Below, in pieces: positions 14,601 through 28,427 of a stretch of DNA of 64,000 nucleotides; position 1 is the stretch's first letter; each line of letters starts with the position of its first letter. This stretch comes from Tubulanus polymorphus. Lineage: Eukaryota; Animalia; Nemertea. Under the pieces are notes generated by a model. That model was given only the letters and a program-made list of their open reading frames with translations. It did no database searches and was not told the origin of the DNA. The translations under genes were made by a program, and so were the position numbers. The DNA is taken from NCBI RefSeq assembly GCF_964204645.1, contig NC_134025.1:15723101-15787100 (forward strand), written 5' to 3'.

Positions 14601-17600
14601 AGGGGGAATATTTGATACGAAAACGTCTTTTCTCGCGCTGAACGACGTTTTCGCGTCGAAAAGTGATTTTCCTGACGATTTGAGCGCTTTTACGCATCGA
14701 CATTGTGTTTTTTTCCGATAGGGGGAATATTTGATACGAAAACGTTTTTTCTCGCGCTGAACGACGTTTTCGGGTCGAAAAGTGCTCTTCCTGACGATTT
14801 GAGCGCTTTTACGCATCGACATTTTGGTTTTTTCGATAGGGGGAATATTTGATACGAAAACGTCTTTCGACGTTTTCGCGTCTAAAAGTGTTTTTTCCTG
14901 ACGATTTGAGCGCTTTTACGCATCGACATTGTCGTTTTTCCGATAGGGGGAATATTTGATACGAAAACGTCTTTTCTCGCGCTGAACGACGTTTTCGCGT
15001 CGAAAAGTGCTTTTCCTGAGGATTTGAGCGCTTTTACGCATCGACATTGTCTTTTTTCCGGTAGGGGGAATATTTGATACGAAACGTCTATTCTCGCGCT
15101 GAACGACGTTTTCGCGTCGAAAAGTGCTTTTCCTGACGATTTGAGCGCTTTTACGCATCGATATTGTCGTTTTTCCGATAGGGGAATATTTGATACGAAA
15201 ACATCTTTTCTCGCGCTGAACGACGTTTCGCGTCGAAAAAGTGCTTTTCCTGACGATTTGAGCGCTTTTACGCATCGACATTTTCGTTTTTCCGATAGGG
15301 GGAATATTTGATACGAAAACGTCTTTTCTCGCGCTGAACGACGTTTTCGCGTCGAAAAGTGATTTTCCTGACGATTTGAGCGCTTTTACGCATCGACATT
15401 GTCTTTTTTTCCGATAGGGGGAATATTTGATACGAAAACGTTTTTCTCGCCTGAACGACGTTTCGGGTCGAAAAGTGCTCTTCCTGACGATTTGAGCGCT
15501 TTTACGCATCGACATTTTGGTTTTTTCGATAGGGGGAATATTTGATACGAAAACGTCTTTTCTCGCGCTGAACGACGTTTTCGGGGCAAAAAGTGCTTTT
15601 CCTGACGATTTGAGCCCTTTTACGCATCGACATTTTCGTTTTTCCGGTAGGGGGAATATTTGATACGAAAACGTCTTTTCTAGCGCTGAACGACGTTTTC
15701 GCGTCGAAAAGTGCTTTTCCTGACGATTTAAGCGCTTTTACGCATCGACATTGTCGTTTTTCCGATAGGGGGAATATTTGATACGAAACGTCTTTTCTCG
15801 CGCTGAACGACGTTTTCGGGTCGAAAAGTGCTTTTCCTGACGATTTGAGCGCTTTTACGCATCGACATTTTCGTTTTTCCGATAGGGGAATATTTGATAC
15901 GAAACGTTTTTTCTCGCGCTGAACGACGTTTTCGGGTCGAAAAGTGCTTTTCCTGACGTTTTGAGCGCTTTTACGCATCGATTTTTTCGTTTTTCCGATA
16001 GGGGGAATATTTGATACGAAAACGTCTTTTCTCACGCTGAACGACGTTTTCGCGTCGAAAAGAGCTTTTCCTGGCGATTTGAGCGCTTTTACGCATCGAC
16101 ATTTTCGTGTTTCCGATAGGGGGAATATCTGATACGAAAACGTCTTTTCTCGCGCTGAACGACTTTTGAGCGCTTTTACGCATCGACATTTTCGTTTTTC
16201 CAATAGGGGGAATATTTGATACGAAAACGTCTTTTCTCCGCGCTGAACGACGTTTTCGCGTCGAAAAGTGCTTTCCTGACGATTTAAGCGCTTTTACGCA
16301 TCGACATTTTCGTTTTCCGATAGGGGGAATATTTGATACGAAAACGTCTTTTCTCGCGCTGAACGACGTTTTCGCGTCGAAAAGTGATTTTCCTGACGAT
16401 TTGAGCGCTTTTACGCATCGACATTGTGTTTTTTTCCGATAGGGGGAATATTTGATACGAAAACGTTTTTCTCGCGCTGAACGACGTTTTCGGGTCGAAA
16501 AGTGCTCTTCCTGACGATTTGAGCGCTTTTACGCATCGACATTTTGGTTTTTCGATAGGGGGAATATTGATACGAAAACGTCTTTTCTCGCGCTGAACGA
16601 CGTTTTCGGGTCGGAAAGTGCTCTTCCTGACGATTTGAGCGCTTTTACGCATCGACATTTTGGTTTTTTCGATAGGGGAATATTTGATACGAAAACGTCT
16701 TTTCTCGCGCTGAACGACGTTTTCGCGTCTAAAAGTGCTTTTCCTGACGATTTGAGCGCTTTTACGCATCGACATTGTCGTTTTTCCGATAGGGGGAATA
16801 TTTGATACGAAAACGTCTTTTCTCGCGCTGAACGACGTTTTCGCGTCGAAAAGTGCTTTTCCTGAGGATTTGAGCGCTTTTACGCATCGACATTGTCTTT
16901 TTTCCGGTAGGGGGAATATTTGATACGAAACGTCTATTCTCGCGCTGAACGACGTTTTCGCGTCGAAAAGTGCTTTTCCTGACGATTTGAGCGCTTTTAC
17001 GCATCGATATTGTCGTTTTTCCGATAGGGGGAATATTTGATACGAAAACATCTTTTCTCGCGCTGAACGACGTTTTTCGCGTCGAAAAGTGATTTTCCTG
17101 ACGATTTGAGCGCTTTTACGCATCGACATTTTCGTTTTTCCGATAGGGGAATATTTGATACGAAAACGTCTTTTCTCGCGCTGAACGACGTTTTCGCGTC
17201 GAAAAGTGATTTTCCAGACGATTTGAGCGCTTTTACGCATCGACATTGTCTTTTTTTCCGATAGGGGGAATATTTGATACGAAAACGTTTTTTCTCGCGC
17301 TGAACGACGTTTTCGGGTCGAAAAGTGCTCTTCCTGACGATTTGAGCGCTTTTACGCATCGACATTTTGGTTTTTCGATAGGGGGAATATTTGATACGAA
17401 AACGTCTTTTCTCGCGCTGAACGACGTTTTCGGGGCAAAAAGTGCTTTTCCTGACGATTTGAGCCCTTTTACGCATCGACATTTTCGTTTTTCCGGTAGG
17501 GGGAATATTTGATACGAAAACGTCTTTTCTCGCGCTGAACGACGTTTTCGGGTCGAAAAGTGCTTTTCCTGACGTTTTGAGCGCTTTACGCATCGATTTT

Positions 17601-18149
17601 TTCGTTTTTCCGATAGGGGGAATATTTGATACGAAAACGTCTTTTCTCACGCTGAACGACGTTTTCGCGTCGAAAAGAGCTTTTCCTGGCGATTTGAGCG
17701 CTTTTTACGCATCGACATTGTCCTTTTTCCGATAGGGGAATATTTGATACGTAAACGTCTTTTCTCGCGCTGAACGACGTTTTCGCGTCGAAAAGTGCTT
17801 TTCTGACGATTTGAGCGCTTTTACGCATCGACATTTTCGTGTTTCCGATAGGGGGAATATTTGATACGAAAACGTCTTTTCTCGCGCTGAACGACTTTTG
17901 AGCGCTTTTACGCATCGACATTTTCGTTTTTCCAATAGGGGGAATATTTGATACGAAAACGTCTTTTCTCGCGCTGAACGACGTTTTCGCGTCGAAAAGT
18001 GCTTTCCTGACGATTTAAGCGCTTTTACGCATCGACATTTTCGTTTTTCCGATAGGGGGAATATTTGATACGAAAACGTCTTTTCTCGCGCTGAACGACG
18101 TTTTCGCGTCGAAAAGTGATTTTCCTGACGATTTGAGCGCTTTTACGCA

Positions 18150-21100
18150 TCGACATTGTGTTTTTTCCGATAGGGGGAATATTTGATACGAAAACGTTTT
18201 TTCTCGCGCTGAACGACGTTTTCGGGTCGAAAAGTGCTCTTCCTGACGATTTGAGCGCTTTTACGCATCGACATTTTGGTTTTATCGATAGGGGGAATAT
18301 TTGATACGAAAACGTCTTTTCTCGCGCTGAACGACGTTTTCGCGTCGAAAAGTGCTTTTCCTGACGATTTGAGCGCTTTTACGCATCGACATTGTCGTTT
18401 TTCCGATAGGGGGAATATTTGATACGAAAACGTCTTTTCTCGCGCTGAACGACGTTTTCGCGTCGAAAAGTGCTTTTCCTGAGGATTTGAGCGCTTTTAC
18501 GCATCGACATTGTCTTTTTTCCGGTAGGGGGAATATTTGATACGAAACGTCTATTCTCGCGCTGAACGACGTTTTCGCGTCGAAAAGTGCTTTTCCTGAC
18601 GATTTGAGCGCTTTTACGCATCGATATTGTCGTTTTTCCGATAGGGGGAATATTTGATACGAAAACATCTTTTCTCGCGCTGAACGACGTTTTCGCGTCG
18701 AAAAGTGATTTTCCTGACGATTTGAGCGCTTTTACGCATCGACATTGTCGTTTTTCCGATAGGGGGAATATTTGATACGAAAACATCTTTTCTCGTGCTG
18801 AACGACGTTTTCGCGTCGAAAAGTGCTTTTCCTGACGATTTGAGCGCTTTTACGCATCGACATCGTCGTTTTTCCGATAGGGGGAATATTTGATACGATA
18901 ACGACTTTTCTCGCGCTGAACGACGTTTTCGCGTCGAAAAGTGCTTTTCCTGGCGATTTGAGCGCTTTTACGCATCGACATCGTCATTTTTCCGATAGGG
19001 GGAATATTTGATACGAAAACGTCTTTTCTCGCGCTGAACGACGTTTTCGCGTCGAAAAGTGCTTTTCCTGACGATTTGAGCGCTTTTACGCATCGACATT
19101 GTCTTTTTTCCGATAGGGGGAATATTTGATACGAAAACGTTTTTTCTCGCGCTGAACGACGTTTTCGGGTCAAAAAGTGCTTTTCCTGACGATTTGAGCC
19201 CTTTCACGCATCGACATTTTCGTTTTTCCGATAGGGGGAATATTTGATACGAAAACGTCTTTTCTCGCGCTGAACGACGTTTTTGCGTCGAAAAGTGCTT
19301 TTCCTGACGATTTAAGCGCTTTTAACGCATCGACATTTTCGTTTTTCCGATAGGGGGAATATTTGATACGAAAACGTCTTTTCTCGCGCTGAACGACGTT
19401 TTCGCGTCGAAAAGTGATTTTCCTGACGATTTGAGCGCTTTTACGCATCGACATTGTCTTTTTTTCCGATAGGGGGAATATTTGATACGAAAACGTTTTT
19501 TCTCGCGCTGAACGACGTTTTCGGGTCGAAAAGTGCTCTTCCTGACGATTTGAGCGCTTTTACGCATCGACATTTTGGTTTTTTCGATAGGGGGAATATT
19601 TGATACGAAAACGTCTTTTCTCGCGCTGAACGACGTTTTCGGGGCAAAAAGTGCTTTTCCTGACGATTTGAGCCCTTTTACGCATCGACATTTTCGTTTT
19701 TCCGGTAGGGGAAATATTTGATACGAAAACGTCTTTTCTCGCGCTGAACGACGTTTTCGGGTCGAAAAGTGCTTTTCCTGACGATTTGAGCGCTTTTACG
19801 CATCGACATTTTCGTTTTTCCGATAGGGGGAATATTTGATACGAAAACGTCTTTTCTCGCGCTGAACGACGTTTTCGCGTCGAAAAGTGCTTTTCCTGAC
19901 GATTTGAGCGCTTTTACGCATCGACATTGTCGTTTTTCCGATAGGGGGAATATTTGATACGAAAACGTCTTTTCTCGCGCTGAACGACGTTTTCGGGTCG
20001 AAAAGTGCTTTTCCTGACGATTTGAGCGCTTTTACGCATCGACATTTTCGTTTTTCCGATAGGGGGAATATTTGATACGAAAACGTTTTTTCTCGCGCTG
20101 AACAACGTTTTCGGGTCGAAAAGTGCTTTTCCTGACGTTTTGAGCGCTTTTACGCATCGATTTTTTCGTTTTTCCGATAGGGGGAATATTTGATACGAAA
20201 ACGTCTTTTCTCACGCTGAACGACGTTTTCGCGTCGAAAAGTGCTTTTCCTGGCGATTTGAGCGCTTTTACGCATCGACATTGTCCTTTTTCCGATAGGG
20301 GGAATATTTGATACGTAAACGTCTTTTCTCGCGCTGAACGACGTTTTCGCGTCGAAAAGTGATTTTCCTGACGATTTGAGCGCTTTTACGCATCGACATT
20401 TTCGTTTTTCCGATAGGGGGAATATTTGATACGAAAACGTCTTTTCTCGCGCTGAACGACGTTTTCGCGTCGAAAAGTGATTTTCCAGACGATTTGAGCG
20501 CTTTTACGCATCGACATTGTCTTTTTTTCCGATAGGGGGAATATTTGATACGAAAACGTTTTTTCTCGCGCTGAACGACGTTTTCGGGTCGAAAAGTGCT
20601 CTTCCTGACGATTTGAGCGCTTTTACGCATCGACATTTTGGTTTTTTCGATAGGGGGAATATTTGATACGAAAACGTCTTTTCTCGCGCTGAACGACGTT
20701 TTCGGGTCGAAAAGTGCTCTTCCTGACGATTTGAGCGCTTTTACGCATCGACATTGTGTTTTTTTCCGATAGGGGGAATATTTGATACGAAAACGTTTTT
20801 TCTCGCGCTGAACGACGTTTTCGGGTCGAAAAGTGCTCTTCCTGACGATTTGAGCGCTTTTACGCATCGACATTTTGGTTTTATCGATAGGGGGAATATT
20901 TGATACGAAAACGTCTTTTCTCGCGCTGAACGACGTTTTCGCGTCGAAAAGTGCTTTTCCTGACGATTTGAGCGCTTTTACGCATCGACATTGTCGTTTT
21001 TCCGATAGGGGGAATATTTGATACGAAAACGTCTTTTCTCGCGCTGAACGACGTTTTCGCGTCGAAAAGTGCTTTTCCTGAGGATTTGAGCGCTTTTACG

Positions 21101-24100
21101 CATCGACATTGTCTTTTTTCCGGTAGGGGGAATATTTGATACGAAACGTCTATTCTCGCGCTGAACGACGTTTTCGCGTCGAAAAGTGCTTTTCCTGACG
21201 ATTTGAGCGCTTTTACGCATCGATATTGTCGTTTTTCCGATAGGGGGAATATTTGATACGAAAACATCTTTTCTCGCGCTGAACGACGTTTTCGCGTCGA
21301 AAAGTGATTTTCCTGACGATTTGAGCGCTTTTACGCATCGACATTGTCGTTTTTCCGATAGGGGGAATATTTGATACGAAAACATCTTTTCTCGTGCTGA
21401 ACGACGTTTTCGCGTCGAAAAGTGCTTTTCCTGACGATTTGAGCGCTTTTACGCATCGACATCGTCGTTTTTCCGATAGGGGGAATATTTGATACGATAA
21501 CGACTTTTCTCGCGCTGAACGACGTTTTCGCGTCGAAAAGTGCTTTTCCTGGCGATTTGAGCGCTTTTACGCATCGACATCGTCATTTTTCCGATAGGGG
21601 GAATATTTGATACGAAAACGTCTTTTCTCGCGCTGAACGACGTTTTCGCGTCGAAAAGTGCTTTTCCTGACGATTTGAGCGCTTTTACGCATCGACATTG
21701 TCTTTTTTCCGATAGGGGGAATATTTGATACGAAAACGTTTTTTCTCGCGCTGAACGACGTTTTCGGGTCAAAAAGTGCTTTTCCTGACGATTTGAGCCC
21801 TTTCACGCATCGACATTTTCGTTTTTCCGATAGGGGGAATATTTGATACGAAAACGTCTTTTCTCGCGCTGAACGACGTTTTTGCGTCGAAAAGTGCTTT
21901 TCCTGACGATTTAAGCGCTTTTAACGCATCGACATTTTCGTTTTTCCGATAGGGGGAATATTTGATACGAAAACGTCTTTTCTCGCGCTGAACGACGTTT
22001 TCGCGTCGAAAAGTGATTTTCCTGACGATTTGAGCGCTTTTACGCATCGACATTGTCTTTTTTTCCGATAGGGGGAATATTTGATACGAAAACGTTTTTT
22101 CTCGCGCTGAACGACGTTTTCGGGTCGAAAAGTGCTCTTCCTGACGATTTGAGCGCTTTTACGCATCGACATTTTGGTTTTTTCGATAGGGGGAATATTT
22201 TATACGAAAACGTCTTTTCTCGCGCTGAACGACGTTTTCGGGGCAAAAAGTGCTTTTCCTGACGATTTGAGCCCTTTTACGCATCGACATTTTCGTTTTT
22301 CCGGTAGGGGGAATATTTGATACGAAAACGTCTTTTCTCGCGCTGAACGACGTTTTCGGGTCGAAAAGTGCTTTTCCTGACGATTTGAGCGCTTTTACGC
22401 ATCGACATTTTCGTTTTTCCGATAGGGGGAATATTTGATACGAAAACGTCTTTTCTCGCGCTGAACGACGTTTTCGCGTCGAAAAGTGCTTTTCCTGACG
22501 ATTTGAGCGCTTTTACGCATCGACATTGTCGTTTTTCCGATAGGGGGAATATTTGATACGAAAACGTCTTTTCTCGCGCTGAACGACGTTTTCGGGTCGA
22601 AAAGTGCTTTTCCTGACGATTTGAGCGCTTTTACGCATCGACATTTTCGTTTTTCCGATAGGGGGAATATTTGATACGAAAACGTTTTTTCTCGCGCTGA
22701 ACAACGTTTTCGGGTCGAAAAGTGCTTTTCCTGACGTTTTGAGCGCTTTTACGCATCGATTTTTTCGTTTTTCCGATAGGGGGAATATTTGATACGAAAA
22801 CGTCTTTTCTCACGCTGAACGACGTTTTCGCGTCGAAAAGTGCTTTTCCTGGCGATTTGAGCGCTTTTACGCATCGACATTGTCCTTTTTCCGATAGGGG
22901 GAATATTTGATACGTAAACGTCTTTTCTCGCGCTGAACGACGTTTTCGCGTCGAAAAGTGCTTTTCCTGACGATTTGAGCGCTTTTACGCATTGACATTT
23001 TCGTGTTTCCGATAGGGGGAATATTTGATACGAAAACGTCTTTTCTCGCGCTGAACGACGTTTTCGCGTCAAAAAGTGCTTTTCCTGACGATTTGAGCCC
23101 TTTCACGCATCGACATTTTCGTTTTTCCGATAGGGGGAATATTTGAAACGAAAACGTCTTTTCTCGCGCTGAACGACGTTTTCGCGTCTAAAAGTGCTTT
23201 TCCTGACGATTTGAGCGCTTTTACGCATCGACATTGTCGTTTTTCCGATTGGGGGAATATTTGATACGAAAACGTCTTTCCTCACGCTGAACGACGTTTT
23301 CGCGTCGAAAAGTGCTTTTCCTGGCGATTTGAGCGCTTTTACGCATCGACATTGTCCTTTTTCCGATAGGGGGAATATTTGATACGTAAAAGTCTTTTCT
23401 CGCGCTGAACGACGTTTTCGCGTCGAAAAGTGCTTTTCCTGACGATTTGAGCGCTTTTACGCATCGACATTTTCGTGTTTCCGATAGGGGGAATATTTGA
23501 TACGAAAACGTCTTTTCTCGCGCTGAACGACGTTTTCGCGTCGAAAAGTGCTTTTCCTGACGATTTGAGCCATTTCACGCATCGACATTTTCGTTTTTCC
23601 GATAGGGGGAATATTTGAAACGAAAACGTCTTTTCTCGCGCTGAACGACGTTTTCGCGTCTAAAAGTGCTTTTCCTGACGATTTGAGCGCTTTTACGCAT
23701 CGACATTGTCGTTTTTCCGATTGGGGGAATATTTGATACGAAAACGTCTTTTCTCGCGCTGAACGACGTTTTCGCGTCGAAAAGTGCTTTTCCTGAGGAT
23801 TTGAGCGCTTTTACGCATCGACATTGTCTTTTTTTCCGGTAGGGGGAATATTTGATACGAAAACGTCTATTCTCGCGCTGAACGACGTTTTCGCGTCGAA
23901 AAGTGATTTTCCTGACGATTTGAGCGCTTTTACGCATCGACATTGTCGTTTTTCCGATAGGGGGAATATTTGATACGAAAACGTTTTTTCTCGCGCTGAA
24001 CGACGTTTTCGGGTCGAAAAGTGCTCTTCCTGACGATTTGAGCGCTTTTACGCATCGACATTTTGGTTTTTTCGATAGGGGGAATATTTGATACGAAAAC

Positions 24101-27100
24101 GTCTTTTCTCGCGCTGAACGACGTTTTCGGGTCGAAAAGTGCTCTTCCTGACGATTTGAGCGCTTTTACGCATCGACATTGTGTTTTTTTCCGATAGGGG
24201 GAATATTTGATACGAAAACGTTTTTTCTCGCGCTGAACGACGTTTTCGGGTCGAAAAGTGCTCTTCCTGACGATTTGAGCGCTTTTACGCATCGACATTT
24301 TGGTTTTATCGATAGGGGGAATATTTGATACGAAAACGTCTTTTCTCGCGCTGAACGACGTTTTCGCGTCGAAAAGTGCTTTTCCTGACGATTTGAGCGC
24401 TTTTACGCATCGACATTGTCGTTTTTCCGATAGGGGGAATATTTGATACGAAAACGTCTTTTCTCGCGCTGAACGACGTTTTCGCGTCGAAAAGTGCTTT
24501 TCCTGAGGATTTGAGCGCTTTTACGCATCGACATTGTCTTTTTTCCGGTAGGGGGAATATTTGATACGAAACGTCTATTCTCGCGCTGAACGACGTTTTC
24601 GCGTCGAAAAGTGCTTTTCCTGACGATTTGAGCGCTTTTACGCATCGATATTGTCGTTTTTCCGATAGGGGGAATATTTGATACGAAAACATCTTTTCTC
24701 GCGCTGAACGACGTTTTCGCGTCGAAAAGTGATTTTCCTGACGATTTGAGCGCTTTTACGCATCGACATTGTCGTTTTTCCGATAGGGGGAATATTTGAT
24801 ACGAAAACATCTTTTCTCGTGCTGAACGACGTTTTCGCGTCGAAAAGTGCTTTTCCTGACGATTTGAGCGCTTTTACGCATCGACATCGTCGTTTTTCCG
24901 ATAGGGGGAATATTTGATACGATAACGACTTTTCTCGCGCTGAACGACGTTTTCGCGTCGAAAAGTGCTTTTCCTGGCGATTTGAGCGCTTTTACGCATC
25001 GACATCGTCATTTTTCCGATAGGGGGAATATTTGATACGAAAACGTCTTTTCTCGCGCTGAACGACGTTTTCGCGTCGAAAAGTGCTTTTCCTGACGATT
25101 TGAGCGCTTTTACGCATCGACATTGTCTTTTTTCCGATAGGGGGAATATTTGATACGAAAACGTTTTTTCTCGCGCTGAACGACGTTTTCGGGTCAAAAA
25201 GTGCTTTTCCTGACGATTTGAGCCCTTTCACGCATCGACATTTTCGTTTTTCCGATAGGGGGAATATTTGATACGAAAACGTCTTTTCTCGCGCTGAACG
25301 ACGTTTTTGCGTCGAAAAGTGCTTTTCCTGACGATTTAAGCGCTTTTAACGCATCGACATTTTCGTTTTTCCGATAGGAGGAATATTTGATACGAAAACG
25401 TCTTTTCTCGCGCTGAACGACGTTTTCGCGTCGAAAAGTGATTTTCCTGACGATTTGAGCGCTTTTACGCATCGACATTGTCTTTTTTTCCGATAGGGGG
25501 AATATTTGATACGAAAACGTTTTTTCTCGCGCTGAACGACGTTTTCGGGTCGAAAAGTGCTCTTCCTGACGATTTGAGCGCTTTTACGCATCGACATTTT
25601 GGTTTTTTCGATAGGGGGAATATTTTATACGAAAACGTCTTTTCTCGCGCTGAACGACGTTTTCGGGGCAAAAAGTGCTTTTCCTGACGATTTGAGCCCT
25701 TTTACGCATCGACATTTTCGTTTTTCCGGTAGGGGGAATATTTGATACGAAAACGTCTTTTCTCGCGCTGAACGACGTTTTCGGGTCGAAAAGTGCTTTT
25801 CCTGACGATTTGAGCGCTTTTACGCATCGACATTTTCGTTTTTCCGATAGGGGGAATATTTGATACGAAAACGTCTTTTCTCGCGCTGAACGACGTTTTC
25901 GCGTCGAAAAGTGCTTTTCCTGACGATTTGAGCGCTTTTACGCATCGACATTGTCGTTTTTCCGATAGGGGGAATATTTGATACGAAAACGTCTTTTCTC
26001 GCGCTGAACGACGTTTTCGGGTCGAAAAGTGCTTTTCCTGACGATTTGAGCGCTTTTACGCATCGACATTTTCGTTTTTCCGATAGGGGGAATATTTGAT
26101 ACGAAAACGTTTTTTCTCGCGCTGAACAACGTTTTCGGGTCGAAAAGTGCTTTTCCTGACGTTTTGAGCGCTTTTACGCATCGATTTTTTCGTTTTTCCG
26201 ATAGGGGGAATATTTGATACGAAAACGTCTTTTCTCACGCTGAACGACGTTTTCGCGTCGAAAAGTGCTTTTCCTGGCGATTTGAGCGCTTTTACGCATC
26301 GACATTGTCCTTTTTCCGATAGGGGGAATATTTGATACGTAAACGTCTTTTCTCGCGCTGAACGACGTTTTCGCGTCGAAAAGTGCTTTTCCTGACGATT
26401 TGAGCGCTTTTACGCATTGACATTTTCGTGTTTCCGATAGGGGGAATATTTGATACGAAAACGTCTTTTCTCGCGCTGAACGACGTTTTCGCGTCAAAAA
26501 GTGCTTTTCCTGACGATTTGAGCCCTTTCACGCATCGACATTTTCGTTTTTCCGATAGGGGGAATATTTGAAACGAAAACGTCTTTTCTCGCGCTGAACG
26601 ACGTTTTCGCGTCTAAAAGTGCTTTTCCTGACGATTTGAGCGCTTTTACGCATCGACATTGTCGTTTTTCCGATTGGGGGAATATTTGATACGAAAACGT
26701 CTTTCCTCACGCTGAACGACGTTTTCGCGTCGAAAAGTGCTTTTCCTGGCGATTTGAGCGCTTTTACGCATCGACATTGTCCTTTTTCCGATAGGGGGAA
26801 TATTTGATACGTAAAAGTCTTTTCTCGCGCTGAACGACGTTTTCGCGTCGAAAAGTGCTTTTCCTGACGATTTGAGCGCTTTTACGCATCGACATTTTCG
26901 TGTTTCCGATAGGGGGAATATTTGATACGAAAACGTCTTTTCTCGCGCTGAACGACGTTTTCGCGTCGAAAAGTGCTTTTCCTGACGATTTGAGCCCTTT
27001 CACGCATCGACATTTTCGTTTTTCCGATAGGGGGAATATTTGAAACGAAAACGTCTTTTCTCGCGCTGAACGACGTTTTCGCGTCTAAAAGTGCTTTTCC

Positions 27101-27395
27101 TGACGATTTGAGCGCTTTTACGCATCGACATTGTCGTTTTTCCGATTGGGGGAATATTTGATACGAAAACGTCTTTTCTCGCGCTGAACGACGTTTTCGC
27201 GTCGAAAAGTGCTTTTCCTGAGGATTTGAGCGCTTTTACGCATCGACATTGTCTTTTTTTCCGGTAGGGGGAATATTTGATACGAAAACGTCTATTCTCG
27301 CGCTGAACGACGTTTTCGCGTCGAAAAGTGATTTTCCTGACGATTTGAGCGCTTTTACGCATCGACATTGTCGTTTTTCCGATAGGGGGAATATT
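18150..27395. repeat. Higher-order repeat within A1: a 2599-bp (22-mer) unit followed by two ~3425-bp (29-mer) units
   Basis: Rare markers (ttttatcgatag, ctcgtgctg, gataacgact, tttttgcgtc, aacaacg) and identical ORFs recur at 18282/20881/24306 and at 19914/22513/25938. Confidence 0.9.
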
Positions 27396-27674
27396 TGATA
27401 CGAAAACATCTTTTCTCGCGCTGAACGACGTTTTCGCGTCGAAAAGTGCTTTTCCTGAGGATTTGAGCGCTTTTACGCATCGACATTGTCTTTTTTCCGA
27501 TAGGGGGAATATTTGATACGAAAACGTTTTTTCTCGCGCTGAACGACGTTTTCGGGTCGAAAGTGCTTTTCCTGACGATTTGAGCCCTTTCACGCATCGA
27601 CATTTTCGTTTTTCCGATAGGGGGAATATTTGATACGAAAACGTCTTTTCTCGCGCTGAACGACGTTTTCGGGG

Positions 27675-28427
27675 GAAATGTGCTTTTCCCGTCGATTTGA
27701 GTAATTTTGAATATCGACTTTTTCATTTTTTCGTTGGAATCAATAATCGACGAGCAAACGTCTTATCTCGCGCTAAAGGAAGTTTTCGGGACGAAATGTG
27801 CTTTTCCCGTCGATTTGAGCGTTTTGCGCATCGACATTTACATTTTTCCGATAAAACGAAAAGTCAACGACCAAACGTCTTTTCTCGCGCTAAACGATAT
27901 TTTCGGGCCGAAATGTGCTTTTCCCGTCGATTTGAGCGCTTTTTCGCATCGACTTTTTCATTTTTCCGATAAAACGAAAAGTCGACGAGCAAACGTCTTT
28001 TCTCGCGCTAAACGACGTTTTCGGGCAGAAATGTGCTTTTCCCGTCGATTTGAGCGTTTTGCGCATCGACATTTACATTTTTCCGATAAAACGAAAAGTC
28101 GACGACCAAACGTCTTTTCTCGCGCTAAACGATGTTTTCGGGCCGAAATGTGCTTTTCCCGTCGATTTGAGCGCTTTTGCGCATCGACTTTTTCATTTTT
28201 CCGATAAAACGAAAAGTCGACGAGCAAACGTCTTTTCTCGCGCTAAACGACGTTTTCGGGCAGAAATGTGCTTTTCCCGTCGATTTGAGTGCTTCTGCGT
28301 ATCGACAATTTTATTTTTCGGATGAAACGAAATATCGACGACCAAACGTCTTTTCTCGCGCTGAACGACGCTTTCGGGCCGAAATGTGCTTTTCCAGTCG
28401 ATTTGAGTGATTTTGAATGTCGACTTT
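27675..28427. repeat. 118-bp satellite, subfamily B island, left of the retrotransposon (~6 monomers)
   Basis: B-diagnostic motifs CCGATAAAACGAAAAGTCGACGAGCAAACG, GGGCCGAAATGTGC and CCCGTCGATTTG replace the A-type GATAGGGGGAATATTTGATACG, GTCGAAAAGTGC and CCTGACGATTTG. Register and orientation are unchanged. Confidence 0.95.
28423..28427 (+). repeat. 5' target-site duplication ACTTT
   Basis: ACTTT immediately precedes the 5' LTR and is repeated at 34437-34441. Removing the element and one copy restores the intact monomer GAATGTCGACTTTTTCATTTTTTCGATGGAACC. Confidence 0.95.

Larger units (their letters stand above)
1..27674. repeat. 118-bp tandem satellite, subfamily A, block A1 (~234 monomers; continues beyond window start)
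   Basis: Consensus read from the sequence: CGCATCGACATTTTCGTTTTTCCGATAGGGGGAATATTTGATACGAAAACGTCTTTTCTCGCGCTGAACGACGTTTTCGCGTCGAAAAGTGCTTTTCCTGACGATTTGAGCGCTTTTA (118 bp). Monomers are head-to-tail and differ by a few substitutions. The right boundary is approximate, where GAAAAGTGC changes to GAAATGTGC. Confidence 0.98.

Noticed and set aside
15180-18010. Cluster of 1-bp indels producing longer ORFs (up to 320 aa)
   Set aside because: Almost all are homopolymer length changes not shared by sister HOR copies, which is typical of low-coverage long-read consensus error.
27730-27745. TTCGTTGGAA, matching the first part of the human CENP-B box (CTTCGTTGGAAACGGGA), in a few B' monomers
   Set aside because: The essential CGGG end is missing (it reads TCAAT), and the motif is a minority variant of TTCGATGGAACC. 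Probably chance.
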